Counted from the stretch's first letter, positions 1-12,339 are shown. The stretch: 38,419 nt of DNA from Octopus bimaculoides (GCF_001194135.2 NC_068986.1:98082192-98120610), one strand, 5' to 3'. Translations and numbers: made by a program. The notes: generated by a model from the sequence alone, not told the origin.

Positions 1-10
1 AAAACACAAC

Positions 11-106
<96 letters not shown>

Positions 107-126
107 ATAATAATAACAATAATAAA
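11..126 (+). repeat. (TAA)n microsatellite
   Basis: Near-perfect AAT run with a few interruptions; directly abuts the 5' end of an RLE retrotransposon fragment. Confidence 0.98.
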
Positions 127-359
127 TAGACAGACAAAATCCCAGTAATGGTTAAGAAGCTCAAGACTCAAAGCTGAGACTGAAGGATTTTTAATTGCTG
201 CACAAGACCAAAGCCTCCCCACCAGAAATTACCAAAAACATATAATGAAAAGAAACATAGCAAGTAACTGCAGAATATGTGGAGATGGACAAGAAACAAT
301 AAATCATATTATCTCTGGCTGCCCAGTCCTGACTAAGAAGGAATATATTCACAGACATC
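127..359 (+). mobile_element. 5'-truncated RLE non-LTR retrotransposon fragment (Dong/R4-like, subfamily A): pre-CCHC and CCHC zinc knuckle
   Basis: Manual translation gives WLRSSRLKAETEGFLIAAQDQSLPTRNYQKHIMKRNIASNCRICGDGQETINHIISGCPVLTKKEYIHRH (C-x2-C...H...C). Closely matches the reverse complement of 28945-29115. Confidence 0.9.
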
Positions 360-437
360 GACTATAAAAAGGCGTTCGATAGTGTATCTCACACATGGAT
401 TCTGAAAGTGATGGAAGTATACAAAGTATCTCCAACT
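357..437 (+). mobile_element. Non-LTR reverse-transcriptase motif fragment
   Basis: Translates IDYKKAFDSVSHTWILKVMEVYKVSPT, the conserved D(Y/F)xKAFDSVxH motif of non-LTR RTs. Confidence 0.85.
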
Positions 438-1152
438 GCTCATAGCAGCACAATATCAAACTTGGCAACCAAGGTTTACCACAATAAAATAATGAACGAT
501 GGCACTGACCCAAATGCAGAATGTGCCATGAGCAGGATGAAACAGTGGACTACATCTTACCTGTATGCACAGCACTTGAAAAAGCCGCATATATTCATAG
601 ACACGATAGAGTAATGCAATATATCCATTGGAAGATATGTAAACGCTACCAGCTTCCAACTTCAGAAAGATGTTACCAGCATAAACCTAAAACTGTGACC
701 GGAAAAGATGATGTAACAGTACTCTGGGACATGCCAAACAACACCGATAACGAAATCAAGGAAAAGAGGCCAGACATAATAATCAAAGATGGGAAGAATA
801 CGAAATGCTTAATGATAGATGTGACAGTACCAGCAGAAAGAAATGTGTCCATTAAAGAAATTGAGAAGTTATTTAACTACAAAGACCTAGAAATAGAAGC
901 GACCAAGATGTGGGGAATGAAAAGCAGCTCAGCACCAGTGACGACTGGAGCGTTAGGGCTAATTAAGAAAGGGCCGTGATAAGAAGCTCAACTAACTCCC
1001 TTGCAGTGTTAATGTGGGAAAACTTCAAAAATAGTGTTGCTAGGTTCCGCACACACTTTACACCGTGTACTCTCCATGAGATGAGCACCTGCGGTGACCC
1101 TATGGTCAAGGGATAACCTCAGTTCAGCAGTCGACAACGGACCATATTTTAT

Positions 1153-1153
<1 letters not shown>
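438..1153 (+). mobile_element. RLE non-LTR retrotransposon 3' part (subfamily B): CCHC, RLE, C-terminus and 3' UTR
   Basis: ORF 521-979 contains CHEQDETVDYILPVC, HRHDRV, VLWDMP, KRPDIIIKD, MIDVTVP, KEIEKLFNYKDL and GALG. The frameshifted tail KIVLLGSAHTLHRVLSMR* stops at 1082-1084, followed by about 70 nt of UTR and then (TAA)n. Confidence 0.92.

Positions 1154-1215
<62 letters not shown>
1154..1215 (+). repeat. (TAA)n microsatellite / retroelement tail
   Basis: Perfect AAT run between the 3' end of one RLE element and the 5' end of the next. Confidence 0.98.
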
Positions 1216-1625
1216 TTCAACTCAGTGAAGAATAATACACAAGTGCATCGAACCTCAGCACAATGTGTGGGAAGAAGGTCGAAAGTGTGACACACATTGA
1301 TTGTGCTTTGCTGTAGGCATGAATGCGAGGTTACGGGTGCTTGGTACCTACATACACCGGAAAAGGTAATGGACAAAAAGAGGAAGGCAAAAATCTTATA
1401 GGACTTTGATTTCCATACAGACAACGTGTTAAATCATCGAAAGCCGGATATAGTAACATTTAGGAGGGACAAACAAGAGTGCCTAATAATCGACGTAGCA
1501 GTACCAGATCAACATATCATAAAAGAAAGGGAAAAGGTTGATAAATATGGCGGCCTGAGAATTAAGATTGCTAATACGTGGGAGCTACGAGAATCAAAAC
1601 ACCATAAAACACTAGTCAAGTACTA
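1216..1625 (+). mobile_element. Degenerate RLE non-LTR retrotransposon fragment (subfamily E)
   Basis: MCGKKVESVTHI (CCHC remnant), then KIL*DFDFHTDNVLNHRKPDIVTFRRDKQECLIIDVAVP..KEREKVDKY..LRIKIANTW. Confidence 0.85.
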
Positions 1626-1694
1626 AATACGATGTAGCCGAGTTGCTCTTTCGCTCGAAAACTACTGGTTTGGCATATAGATCAGAAATATTGA

Positions 1695-1850
1695 TTACAA
1701 ATTTTGGCACAAGGCCAGCAATTTCGGGAGAGAGGGTAAGTAGATTACATTGACCCATTGCCCAGCTGGTACTTATTTTATCGACCTCGAAAACATGCAG
1801 GACAAAATCGACCCCGGAGGAATTTCAACTCAGGACGTAAAGATGGACAA
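1695..1850 (-). mobile_element. tRNA-derived SINE family 1, partial
   Basis: Reverse complement aligns by eye with the + copies at 29312 and 33733 (B-box-like CTGAGTTGAAATTCC, GGTCGAT..AAGTACCAG core). Confidence 0.75.
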
Positions 1851-3850
1851 AATGTTCAATTTTTTTCTTTGATCTTTCTTCACAATGAAATAAATTACCA
1901 GTATTTGAGACCATGTAATTTACAAGTTCCCTCCCTTAAATATTACTGTCCCTACGCATAAATTATTTATACTTATATGTTAATGAATCGAATGCGAATG
2001 TATGTGCATATCTTAACTAAGACATTTATTAGAACTTTTGAATACCGTGTTTTGATTCCGTAGTATCCTCATCTTAATAAGGAATCAAATTATACTGAGG
2101 CTGATGTAAGCATTCGACAATAAACCCAGCAGGGTGTCAGACCAAAATCGTGAAGCAATCTGTCGCGTTCGAATTTCAAATGTAGCCAATATGAACTTTC
2201 GTCTTAATTCTTCTATGGTCGATGAAATAATGCCCTAATGGCGAGTGAAGTCGACTCATATAATGCATTACATTTGTAAATAGAATTATAAGAGAATATC
2301 TGGGTTCAGAGATGGAAAAAACATAACACGTTGTTTTCCTTGTGGTTAATATCATGTATATAATATATGCACTTAATCAAAATATTAATTCACTAATGCA
2401 TATTTTTGAAGCCACTTATTGTTGTGAATGGAAAACGCCATCGTGTTTCTCTTAGATAGTTCTTTACAATAGAAATAACTAGAATGGAATAATAAAACTC
2501 TTCCAGCTAAATACTTGCAATAAAGTGATTACAACTGTCAGAGCATTGCCGAAACATCCGTATGCATCTTTTGTGATATACAATATACATTGATGTAAAT
2601 AATATCAATACGTTGTAATGAGGCATGTGTTAGGCAAAGAGTGGTCGTGGAGGAGCGTTATGAGGTTGTAAATTTAAACTGACGTACGGTAAACATTGTT
2701 ATCTTTACTGTCGTCACAAAAGAATAGACACAAAAAATAATTGAATGGTACTGGCATTTTTATGGAGGAATCAGTTGCAACCAAACTTTTGTTTTATATC
2801 AATAAAATAAAATACTTGACATATTAATATAAATAATTTTTTCTAGACTGTTAATATCACTGAAAGCTGTGGGTGAGAATGACAAAGGTAACCAAGCCAA
2901 ACCAATCACGATGGTCGTCTACAAATCAACTATTCAACTATTGTAGGTTTATTGATAGATTGGGTAGAGCTTGTGAAGAAAAGTTTTGTAATATGCACTT
3001 CCGACCACAGCATTCTGAATTTAAGCCCCATCAATGTCACATTTTCTAATACAATCTTGCAGGCTCAGTAAATGACGTACCAGCTAAAATCTGTGATCAA
3101 TTGAATCAACTGACACTGATAACTGCCAGATATTTTCAGGTAAGTTGCTACGGCTGAGAAAAGTGAAAAACAATTCCTTAATGTTCTTTCTGTTTTTAAC
3201 GTGAAATTTCATTTTAAATGAAAAAGGAAGTGAAAGAAAATTGCTCAGTACGGATGAGAAGTCATATCGGATAATGTTAGGTGTGAAATTACTAAAAGGA
3301 ATGTAGAAAACAAATACCTGTGAGTATAAATGCAATAATAAAAAGATATAAAATGCAATAATAATTTCAAAGATTCATATTAGAAAAAGAACAATTATGA
3401 ACCTAAACGCAGTGTGAATGGGTTTTGAGGAAAGACATAGAAAAAAACACATATTACAGAAAGTTTTTGACGGCACGTAAGTATTTATCAACATTAAGTC
3501 AATCAAAATAAATCCCACAACTAGAAGTACCACTGTATTTAATAATTGTATGTATGGATAGCGTGGTAGATAAATAGGAACACTGACAGTGGCGATGCGA
3601 CAGAAATCAGAAACAACGAAATAAGTATAGAATTAAGCAAAATAAGGAAATGTACTTAGCAGAGAAATGTATCTAACAGCCATTATCAGATGTTAGCTAT
3701 TGCCACCACCGCTACAAAGGGAATAGAAACCAATATGGCTGACAGAACAATGAATAGAACCAAAAAAAGATTATAATGAGAAAAAATATTAGCAAACGCA
3801 TACGTGAACACGCACATCATACACACAGAGGCATAACTGATCAACATCAC

Positions 3851-3854
<4 letters not shown>

Positions 3855-3904
<50 letters not shown>
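3855..3904 (+). repeat. (CA)n microsatellite
   Basis: Perfect CA run. Confidence 0.98.
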
Positions 3905-3912
<8 letters not shown>

Positions 3913-5943
3913 CACAGAAAGAACACACTAAAAATCACACTAACAGACACCTACACACAATATACACACATAGGCTCCAGAACAACAAGGCTACCGCTAC
4001 CATCACTACGATGTGCGACGTCATCATCATCATCAAAACCAAATACAAATATATAAATTCGAGACAGCGACAGAAGAGAGCAGTCACGAAGAACATATTG
4101 AAAATGTTGCAACACCCCAAGCTAAGACTTTTAGCAACGTAAGGAATTAATAAAATGAATTACAATTAGTATATTATGTTTCGATACACAAAGTGTTACA
4201 TCAGGAATCTAACGAACCAAGTAAGAATCAGCACACACATCTATATGCGTATCTGTGTATTTAAGTATGTATCCATTACATGTTTTGAAGAACCGTTTAA
4301 AGTAGTTAAAACATATCAAAGATGCGAAATTCGCTAGTACACTTGATACAAGCAGGAAACGGAATTTCAGCATGCGTAACTAACGATGACTGATCAATAG
4401 CGGATATCATGTGATCAAAATATGTTAACATAAATACAGAAGGGACGTACATTCGTAAGCTCAGCATGAAACCTAAACATATGCGGTCTGTAAGAACTAA
4501 CTACGAACAAACTTGCAAAGAGTTGCATTGAGATGAAATTATACTCATATATGTAGTATGTTGTGTATGCGTGCATATATGTGTGTGTACATATGCGTGT
4601 GTGCACGGTTGCTTTTCCGATTGCAAATTTGAATGATGGGTGTAAACTTGAAATCATGGGGAACACATTCATGCTGTCGAATAAGTTGGACGTGTGCTTG
4701 AAGCTGCTCAGTAAGGAGTAATCAATTTTTGTGGAACGGAGTCTGAGCCAGAGCTTTTTTCTACCTGATGATAAAGGTGAATTGTTACCGTCACACTTAA
4801 AAGTTTACTATGGCATCTAGCATCACAAAAACCGGATATTTCAAGGAGACGACCAATGATTGCACCATTGATGCTGGAAAATCAATACAGGACGCTGGCA
4901 TACGATTCTAATTTTGTAAGAGCTTAGTGTTGACCCGCCTGCATTCATAAAAGAACTGATCCCGAGAGGATGACTATATGTCAGTCTCTATAGAAACACT
5001 TTGTAATTATTGACACAAAAATCATGGCATCAAGTTGCAGAATATGGTACGCAACACTGATTTACTCCCACGTGCTGAACATCAGAGGATCCTCACAATT
5101 CGAACGCAGTCACAGTGGATCTTGGCTAAGTGAAGACGTTGCAAGACATCAGCTCTCCGAGTAAAGGTTCCACGGCGAACTCCGGGGGAGGTTAGGCAAA
5201 GACTTTGTACAATTGGTTCGGTTGCCTTCATCTCACGAAAGCAATTCATTGGAAACTTCGATGATAGTTCAATTACAATGATTCAAAGTCATCTGACGCT
5301 TGTTAAAAGACTCGGAATTAATGGAATGAGTTCATTTCAGTGCCCTAGCCGCATTGAGAAAAACGAAGTAAAGCAAATTTATAGAAGTAAATAAAGAACA
5401 TTAATACTGATTATATTAATATTAGTGACTGGAAGCTAAAGTGTTAACTGTTGTGGCTTCGGAGTGTTTGAACTCCTATATTTAGCAGAGCTGTTGTCTT
5501 TTAAAGAAAAGCGCCCTTGTTATATATAATTCTTTTATATATATAAATTTTGCCTAGCATTAATATCTTTCATGAGTATTAATGTTTTTTGTTCACTTAA
5601 TTTCGTTTTTCTCAGTGCGGTTTGGGCGCTGAAACGAACTCAGGCATTGGTCGAAGTTATATTTAAATCTTTGTTTAATAGTAGACTTGACTAAAGAGAA
5701 TCGAGCGTGTTTTTGGCGCTAAATTCGAAATCATTATATCAAGTTAACTAGCATTACTTCTTGCATTTTTGCAGTGGTAAGGCGCAATCCTTATTTCACT
5801 TAATTTCTTCCAACCATGCCTGCGTAAATAGAGTCTTAACTTTTGTGGTTTCGGAATGTTTTACGTCCTATATTTAGCATAGCTTGTGTCTTTTAAAATA
5901 AGCGCACATGTTATATATAATTTATATATTTATCTCTCTCTCT

Positions 5944-6172
5944 NNNNNNNNNNNNNNNNNNNNNNNNNNNNNNNNNNNNNNNNNNNNNNNNNNNNNNNNN
6001 NNNNNNNNNNNNNNNNNNNNNNNNNNNNNNNNNNNNNNNNNNNNNNNNNNNNNNNNNNNNNNNNNNNNNNNNNNNNNNNNNNNNNNNNNNNNNNNNNNNN
6101 NNNNNNNNNNNNNNNNNNNNNNNNNNNNNNNNNNNNNNNNNNNNNNNNNNNNNNNNNNNNNNNNNNNNNNNN
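5944..6172. other. Assembly gap (N)
   Basis: N run between (TC)n and (TA)n flanks. Confidence 0.99.
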
Positions 6173-6899
6173 TATATATATATATATATATGTACGCATA
6201 TATGTATTTGTGAGTGCCTGTTTAAACAAAGGTTGACAGTCTAATCGGTGGTTCGTCCCCCGTTCGGTTGTTCATTCTATAGGAAAGAGAATTTTTTGCA
6301 ATTCTAAACAATGGCATGATGACTTCGCAAATGTGTGTGGGAAAAGGATAAAAGGATATTGAAATATGCGGTGAAATTTCGTTAGTTAGTATTAAACTCT
6401 AACATAATTTAAGAAAAGTGTAATGTGTTGCATGCTGATATAAGTGCTATTTATATGCGTATAATAACTATCCTTCTAATATGAATATACATAACATTAT
6501 AACTGTTCGTGTTTGTGTCAATAGGTAACATAAATATGATATAATCTCACCATAAATAAAGAAGAACAACGAAGCTGACAGTGCGAAAAGACATAATGAA
6601 AGGCTACGTGTAGAGAATATGTGATTAACATATATAAGCGCATCGTTAATTTTGTTTTTGGCTATTGAAAATGCAGTAAATATTTTGAATGAGCTCTAAA
6701 TTTCGTTAAATATTTCAAGCAAGATGATCCCCGTCATTTCTTTTCCCATAAATTGTGTTAATGTTATAATATTTATCTGAGGCCTGCCGCCATTTCACAT
6801 CCTTCTGTCTTAAATGTATTAAACTAATTACGAAAGCAATAATAATATTTTGTTTGATCTTAGAGAATTTCTCATGTCAACAGCTGAACAGAATATAAC

Positions 6900-7112
6900 G
6901 GTTTCACATTTAGCCACAAGGCCAACTATTTCAGCCCCAGTGCTCAACTGGTAAATATTTCATCGACCCCTATGCTTATTATGTACTTATTTTTCCGACG
7001 CCGAAATAGTGAAAGGCAATGTTGACCTCTGTTAAATTTAAGATCAGATTATAGAGGCGAAAAAATGATACGAAGCATATGAACCCCGCGCTAATGTTTC
7101 CACCAGCTCACC
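6900..7112 (-). mobile_element. SINE family 1, degenerate
   Basis: Contains CCCCAGTGCTCAACTGGTA, ATCGACCCC, GAAAGGCAATGTTGACCTC and CCAGCTCACC, the reverse complement of family-1 motifs. Confidence 0.7.
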
Positions 7113-7139
7113 GACTCAATGTTTGAAAGAATAATTCCG

Positions 7140-7338
7140 TCCAGTTTTTGGTAGAAGGACAGCAATTTTGAGGGAAGGGCAAAATCGATTTGATAGACCC
7201 CAGTGCTCAAATGGTAATTATTTTATCGACACAGAAGGATGAGAGGCAAAGTCGACCTCGATGGAATTTAAACTCAGAGCGCAAGAAATGCACTTAGCTT
7301 TCTGTGTGACGTGCTAACGATTCTTTCAATTCGCTGTC
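7140..7338 (-). mobile_element. SINE family 1, degenerate (tandem with previous copy)
   Basis: GACCCCAGTGCTCAAATGGTA...GGATGAGAGGCAAAGTCGACCTCG..GAATTTAAACTCAG...GTGCTAACGATTCT. Confidence 0.78.
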
Positions 7339-7957
7339 TTACATTTTCAAAGAATAATACCAGTTTCACTTATCATTCGTTTATTTGGAGGCATATTAGT
7401 TATTTGATTAAGAATTTTTCTTTGCAATCATGTTTCCCTGTTCCGATTCAACTGCGCAGTACGTTATGCAGGTGTCTTCAGCTCAACCAAAATCTCAGTT
7501 GAATATAATTTCTAAATATAAAACTGGAGATACAGAAAGAGTGAAGAAGTGGGCGGAATAGACTCTGGATGATGTTAGTTGACGCTCTATAAACCGTTGC
7601 TCACTCAATAACAACTTGTTACGTGCTTCATGGTACCCAAATCAGGCGGACCCATAATATATCTGAATTAGCAGAGGTATTACCATCTAGACCACCTTTT
7701 GAAAACTACACAATTGCACAATCAAATCTAAATTCGGTCAATCAAACCACAACAAACTTGGCTATATTTACTACAGTTCATAAAGGTGCTAACGTTCGGA
7801 CAAGGTCTCTAGACTAAAGAAACTAAGATTTTCCTTTTCAATATCGCACTAATTCATGAAAACTCCAGTTGATGATGTCCTTAGTAATTCTTCCACTGAC
7901 CTAATTTAAAGTACTTACATTTGAGAGTTTTGAAATGCAATTTATCAAGCAATTATA

Positions 7958-9203
7958 TCAGGTAATCTCATAAGTTCTGTCCGATTTTAGGTTTTTTTAA
8001 AATTGAATAAAATTTAATAGTATTTTAGAATATCTAATGGAATTAAACATTATTTTTATGTATTTTTGTACATTTAAACTAATTGAATATTATTTTACAG
8101 AATAATAGAATTAAAATTTCTTTGATTAAAACCATTTCTAACATGGAAGTATCCAAAGAGCATTTGAGGCACATAATGCTTTATGAATACAAAAAGGAAA
8201 CTCTGCAGCCGAAGCGACTCGAAACATATACTCAGTTTATGGGAAAGAATGTTTGAATGAAATACCTTACAGAAGATGGTTTGCAAAATTCAGAAGTAGA
8301 GATTTCATGATAAGCTGCTCCTTGAGGCATTACTTGAAGAAAATCCTGCATTATCAGTTAAAGGATTGGCAATAATGATTAGTTCAAACCATGCAACTGT
8401 TCATCGTCATCTTCAACAACTTGGAAAGGTTCCTAAACATGGAAAATGGGTGCCTCATAAGTTGTCGGAAAGCACCCGCAAATCCCGAGTTGACATCCGC
8501 TCTTCTCTCCATTCTCGCGAACTCATTTCACCTTTCTTGGATAGACTTGTGACTGATGACGAAAAATGGATCTTCTATCGAAATGTTCAACGTCGTAAGC
8601 AGTGGTTTGGTAAAAGGGAAAATGCTCAAGCAAAACCGAGAAGAGAACCTCATGGGAAAAAGGTTCTTATCTCTATATGGTGGGATTGTAAAGGAGTAAT
8701 TCACTGTGAACTGTTACCACTTATTGCAACAATCAATGCTCAAGTCTACTGTCAGCAATTAGAGCGTTTGAACCAAGCTTTCAAGAAAGAATACTCGCTT
8801 TAGTGAATCGAAAAGGAGTGATGTTTCATCAGGACAATGCGCGACTCCACACTGCAATGATCACATCACAGAAAATCGAAGAGCTTGTTTGGGAAAAAAA
8901 AATCTTCATCCACATTATTCTCCCGACCTTGCTCCTTCAGACTATTTGTTTCGTAGTTTACAGAATCAATTGGGGAACATAAATTTCGCAAGCCAGGAGG
9001 AGGTCAAAACTAACATTTCAGAGTACTTCGCTTTGAAACCAAAAGAGTTTTACATTGATGGGTTTAAGAAGCTTGTAAATAGATGGAAGGAAGTCATAGA
9101 TAATCAGGGAAAGTACATTGATGATTAAATTTCAATTAAATATAACATTTGATCACTTGTTTTCTTTATTCAAAATTCGGATAGAACTTATGTTATGACC
9201 TGA
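7958..9203 (+). mobile_element. Full-length decayed mariner (Mos1-like, DD34D) DNA transposon
   Basis: Left TIR TCAGGTAATCTCATAAGTTCTGTCCGATTTT pairs with right TIR AAAATTCGGATAGAACTTATGTTATGACCTGA; TA at 7956-7957 and 9204-9205 (TSD); 1246 bp. Confidence 0.95.
8143..9128 (+). pseudogene. Mariner transposase pseudogene
   Basis: MEVSKEHLRHIMLYEY..., WVPHKL, LVTDDEKW, HQDNARLH, YSPDLAPSDY. Carries frameshifts, a stop at 8801-8803 and an internal deletion near 8307. Confidence 0.93.
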
Positions 9204-10091
9204 TAGATTGAACGAGTGAGCATTAATGTTGTCGGCTGACCTTGTTAGACATGGCAGCTGAGTATATCTGAAATCACAGCCTAGCATATTAGAAAATAAG
9301 GACACACAGGATAATGAATTTCTGAGTGCAATAAAGAAACATTTACGGTTGGAGAAAAGGTCTTATTCATTTTAGATCAACTATAACGGGTCTGATCTGG
9401 AGTTAATAATTAACAACTAAGCCTTGCGCTAAACAGCAAGGATTACCATTAAGCTTGCGTAATGAAACCAGTATTAGACACAATACCTAAACAATATTTT
9501 AACATTCAGTATATATTTTATCATGATTCAACTGCGCTACCCGTTATGCAGGTATTTTCAGCTGAACCAAAATCTCAATTTTTAATGCAATTTCTAAATA
9601 TAAACTATTATGTAAACCATCATCAAACACATACAGGCAAGCCTGTGTGGTACAGAGCTTGTATTTTTTTTTCACATGAATTAATCCATGTTCGCTTCCA
9701 CAACACTGCATGTACGACCTAGTGCAATCTAACCTGACGTAAGTTTCACCTATCCACCGAGACTGAGACTCCAGTGACTGAAGCAACACCTTAGTTATGT
9801 GGTAACATTTCTTTTTCCAGCGACATGGTTCTCGCTTTTGTCCCAGTGCGTGACACCTCGACCAAGTGTCTTCTGCCAAAGCGCCGGGCTGACAAAAGCT
9901 CGTTTAGTAGATGTGGTTGACGTTCTCCGCGTGGTCTGTTGGCGATTTCTTCTTTTCCGCATTTTTTGCCCTTCTTTCTTTCTCCATTCCGACGAAAAGC
10001 TATGCTCGAAACGACAAAATCTCTTTCACTGCGAGTCACGTTTGTTGTTTTTATTCCTCTTTTCGCTTTTTATCCGTATATTTGAATTCAC

Positions 10092-10163
<72 letters not shown>

Positions 10164-10178
10164 CACATATATACTCAT

Positions 10179-10223
<45 letters not shown>
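10092..10223. repeat. Compound microsatellite (TA)n(TG)n-spacer-(CA)n(TA)n
   Basis: Read directly from the sequence; the two arms are reverse-complementary. Confidence 0.95.
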
Positions 10224-10224
<1 letters not shown>

Positions 10225-10419
10225 TATACATAGGTACTTTTTTCTTACTTCCGCTCAATAGTCGACTAAACCTTCGTTCAGGAGCATACGTATAATGAAC
10301 TCTACACCAGGTTATTTATATCGCAATGCCTAAGCGAAATATATGTGTGCGTGTGTGTATATATGTACGTATGTATGTATCTATGTATGTAAACCCATAT
10401 ATCTATGTGTACATGCGTT

Positions 10420-10543
10420 TTCCCCGCCATTGCCTGACTACTGGTGTTGGTGTGCTTACGTTCCTGTTCGGAGTTAGAGATCGATAGAATAAGTAACAGG
10501 CTTGAAAAAGATGAACCAATTGAGTGGATTCGTTCGACTAAAG
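10420..10543 (+). mobile_element. SINE family 2, 3' half
   Basis: CTGGTGTTGGTGTGCTTACGTTCC...CGATAGAATAAGTA...TTCGACTAAAG matches 14335-14420. Confidence 0.72.
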
Positions 10544-12339
10544 ATAAACATGTATATATGTGTCAGGGTCAGACGGAGAGAGAGAGAATGATATATGTCG
10601 TTGCGTGTGCCTGTGGTATTGTAAGTTGATGACAAAGAATCGGTGCATCACACGAATAGGATATTATAAGATTATTATTATTGTTGATGTTGTTGTTGTG
10701 TACACATTTTATGCAACACACTACAATCATCAAATTCACAGAAAGTCGTTATGATAATATATGTTAATTCTGAATGGTCGTTATGACAGGCATGTGTGCA
10801 TCTATGTGGTAATATCCGCCTGTCAGTGAGTATAATATTGTAGTTGTGTGTGCGTATATGTGCATATTTATCGCGTGAGTTTCAGCGCGCAATGTCTAAT
10901 AGAAAACACATTCATTCATATGCATAGTGAACAAGGAAGTTAACACCATAAATAAACGTTTGAATGGGAAGAGAAAGAATGTGTCTGATAAAATTACATA
11001 TGCTCACCACTTGTTTTAGTTTGTTGGCCATTTAAAAGTCATTAAAGGATTTCGAATAGGCTGTTAATATTGTTAAAATCCTACATGCAATAATATCCGC
11101 GTCATTTCCCTCCCTCATAAATATTGTTAATGTAATAACATTTATCTGACGCTTGCCTCCATTTTGAAATCCTTCCGTATTTAAAATACCATTACTTTGA
11201 TTACCAATGCAATAATTCTTTTTTTACGTTAGATGGATCTTAACTGATTTATTATGTCAGAGAATTTCCAAAGAATAAAAATATTACTCATCGTTGCTTT
11301 TCCCCAACAAAAGCTGACATTGGTTGTAATCGAAAGATGTTTCTTTGAAAATATGTGTTTTCAGGATCGGTCTTGCATCGTGGAGTGCGTTTTTATTCAT
11401 AGATTGTTATGTTTGAATGAAGGGAATTGTTAGATCTCAAGTAGGGTGAACGGTACTCGTTTCGTCGTTATACTTATTCTGATGCCAACTTAATTCTAAC
11501 TTAGTATGTACAGCAAGGTACATAGATCAGCCATAATATATCAGGAACTACAGATGGTGCTTCATTGTTCGGTCGACGTTCCATATGTCATAAATATTTC
11601 AATCAAGGCATCTGACACTTTTCAACAAGGTCAAATGTTGCAATCTTTAATCTAGTCCATTATATGGAAGGCTTTGTGACCATGTCTTCAGTGTGGGGAC
11701 AACAATACTCTTCTCATTTTCTCCTCAGACTCAGAAATCCAGAAAGCATGCCATTAGAGTTATGCCTTTTCCTGAGCCTACAACCTAAAGTAATAAGATA
11801 GCGTTTGATACTTTGGAAATTCGCTTTTGAAACCAAATGTATATGGCATTTGCATTCGTTTAGATGCTAAGAAAGACTCTACCCAATATTATTGCTCCAA
11901 TCTACGAATAAAGTAGGACACGCCGCAAGAACAGGAACATGAAATATTGTCGAAAAATCTATATTTAAATCTATAAGTATGCAAATTATGCATTGCTGAG
12001 GAAAGAATATCAATTAAAAGATTTCAGTAGCAGAAAATCTTAACATATTATCCTATTAAAATTAATATTTAACATGTAGCATAATCGCTGTTTGTAATTA
12101 AGATTGTATCAATTAATACAATGGTCTCCTTTATCAAACATGAAGAGAGATTTATCGTCGCAGAATCTCCCACAACATGCACTAGGATATACAAAGTTGC
12201 ACATAAATCTATGTATGTTTTCTCGTACAATCGAAGCCGCCAATCATTAACGCCTAAGCGATCGAAACACATCTAAGGACACAGTGAATAACCAAATTCC
12301 TATGTGTATGTGTATAGGCGTGCGTACACTTATCTCTGT

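Noticed and set aside
7919-9267. Mariner inserted into a minus-strand exon (acceptor GATTTCAG| at 9268, donor |GTAAGT at 7918)
   Set aside because: The reconstructed 101-nt empty site has stops in all three frames, so a disrupted coding exon is not supported.
11480-11790. Minus-strand exon after the TTACTTTAG acceptor
   Set aside because: Stops in all frames within about 30 codons.
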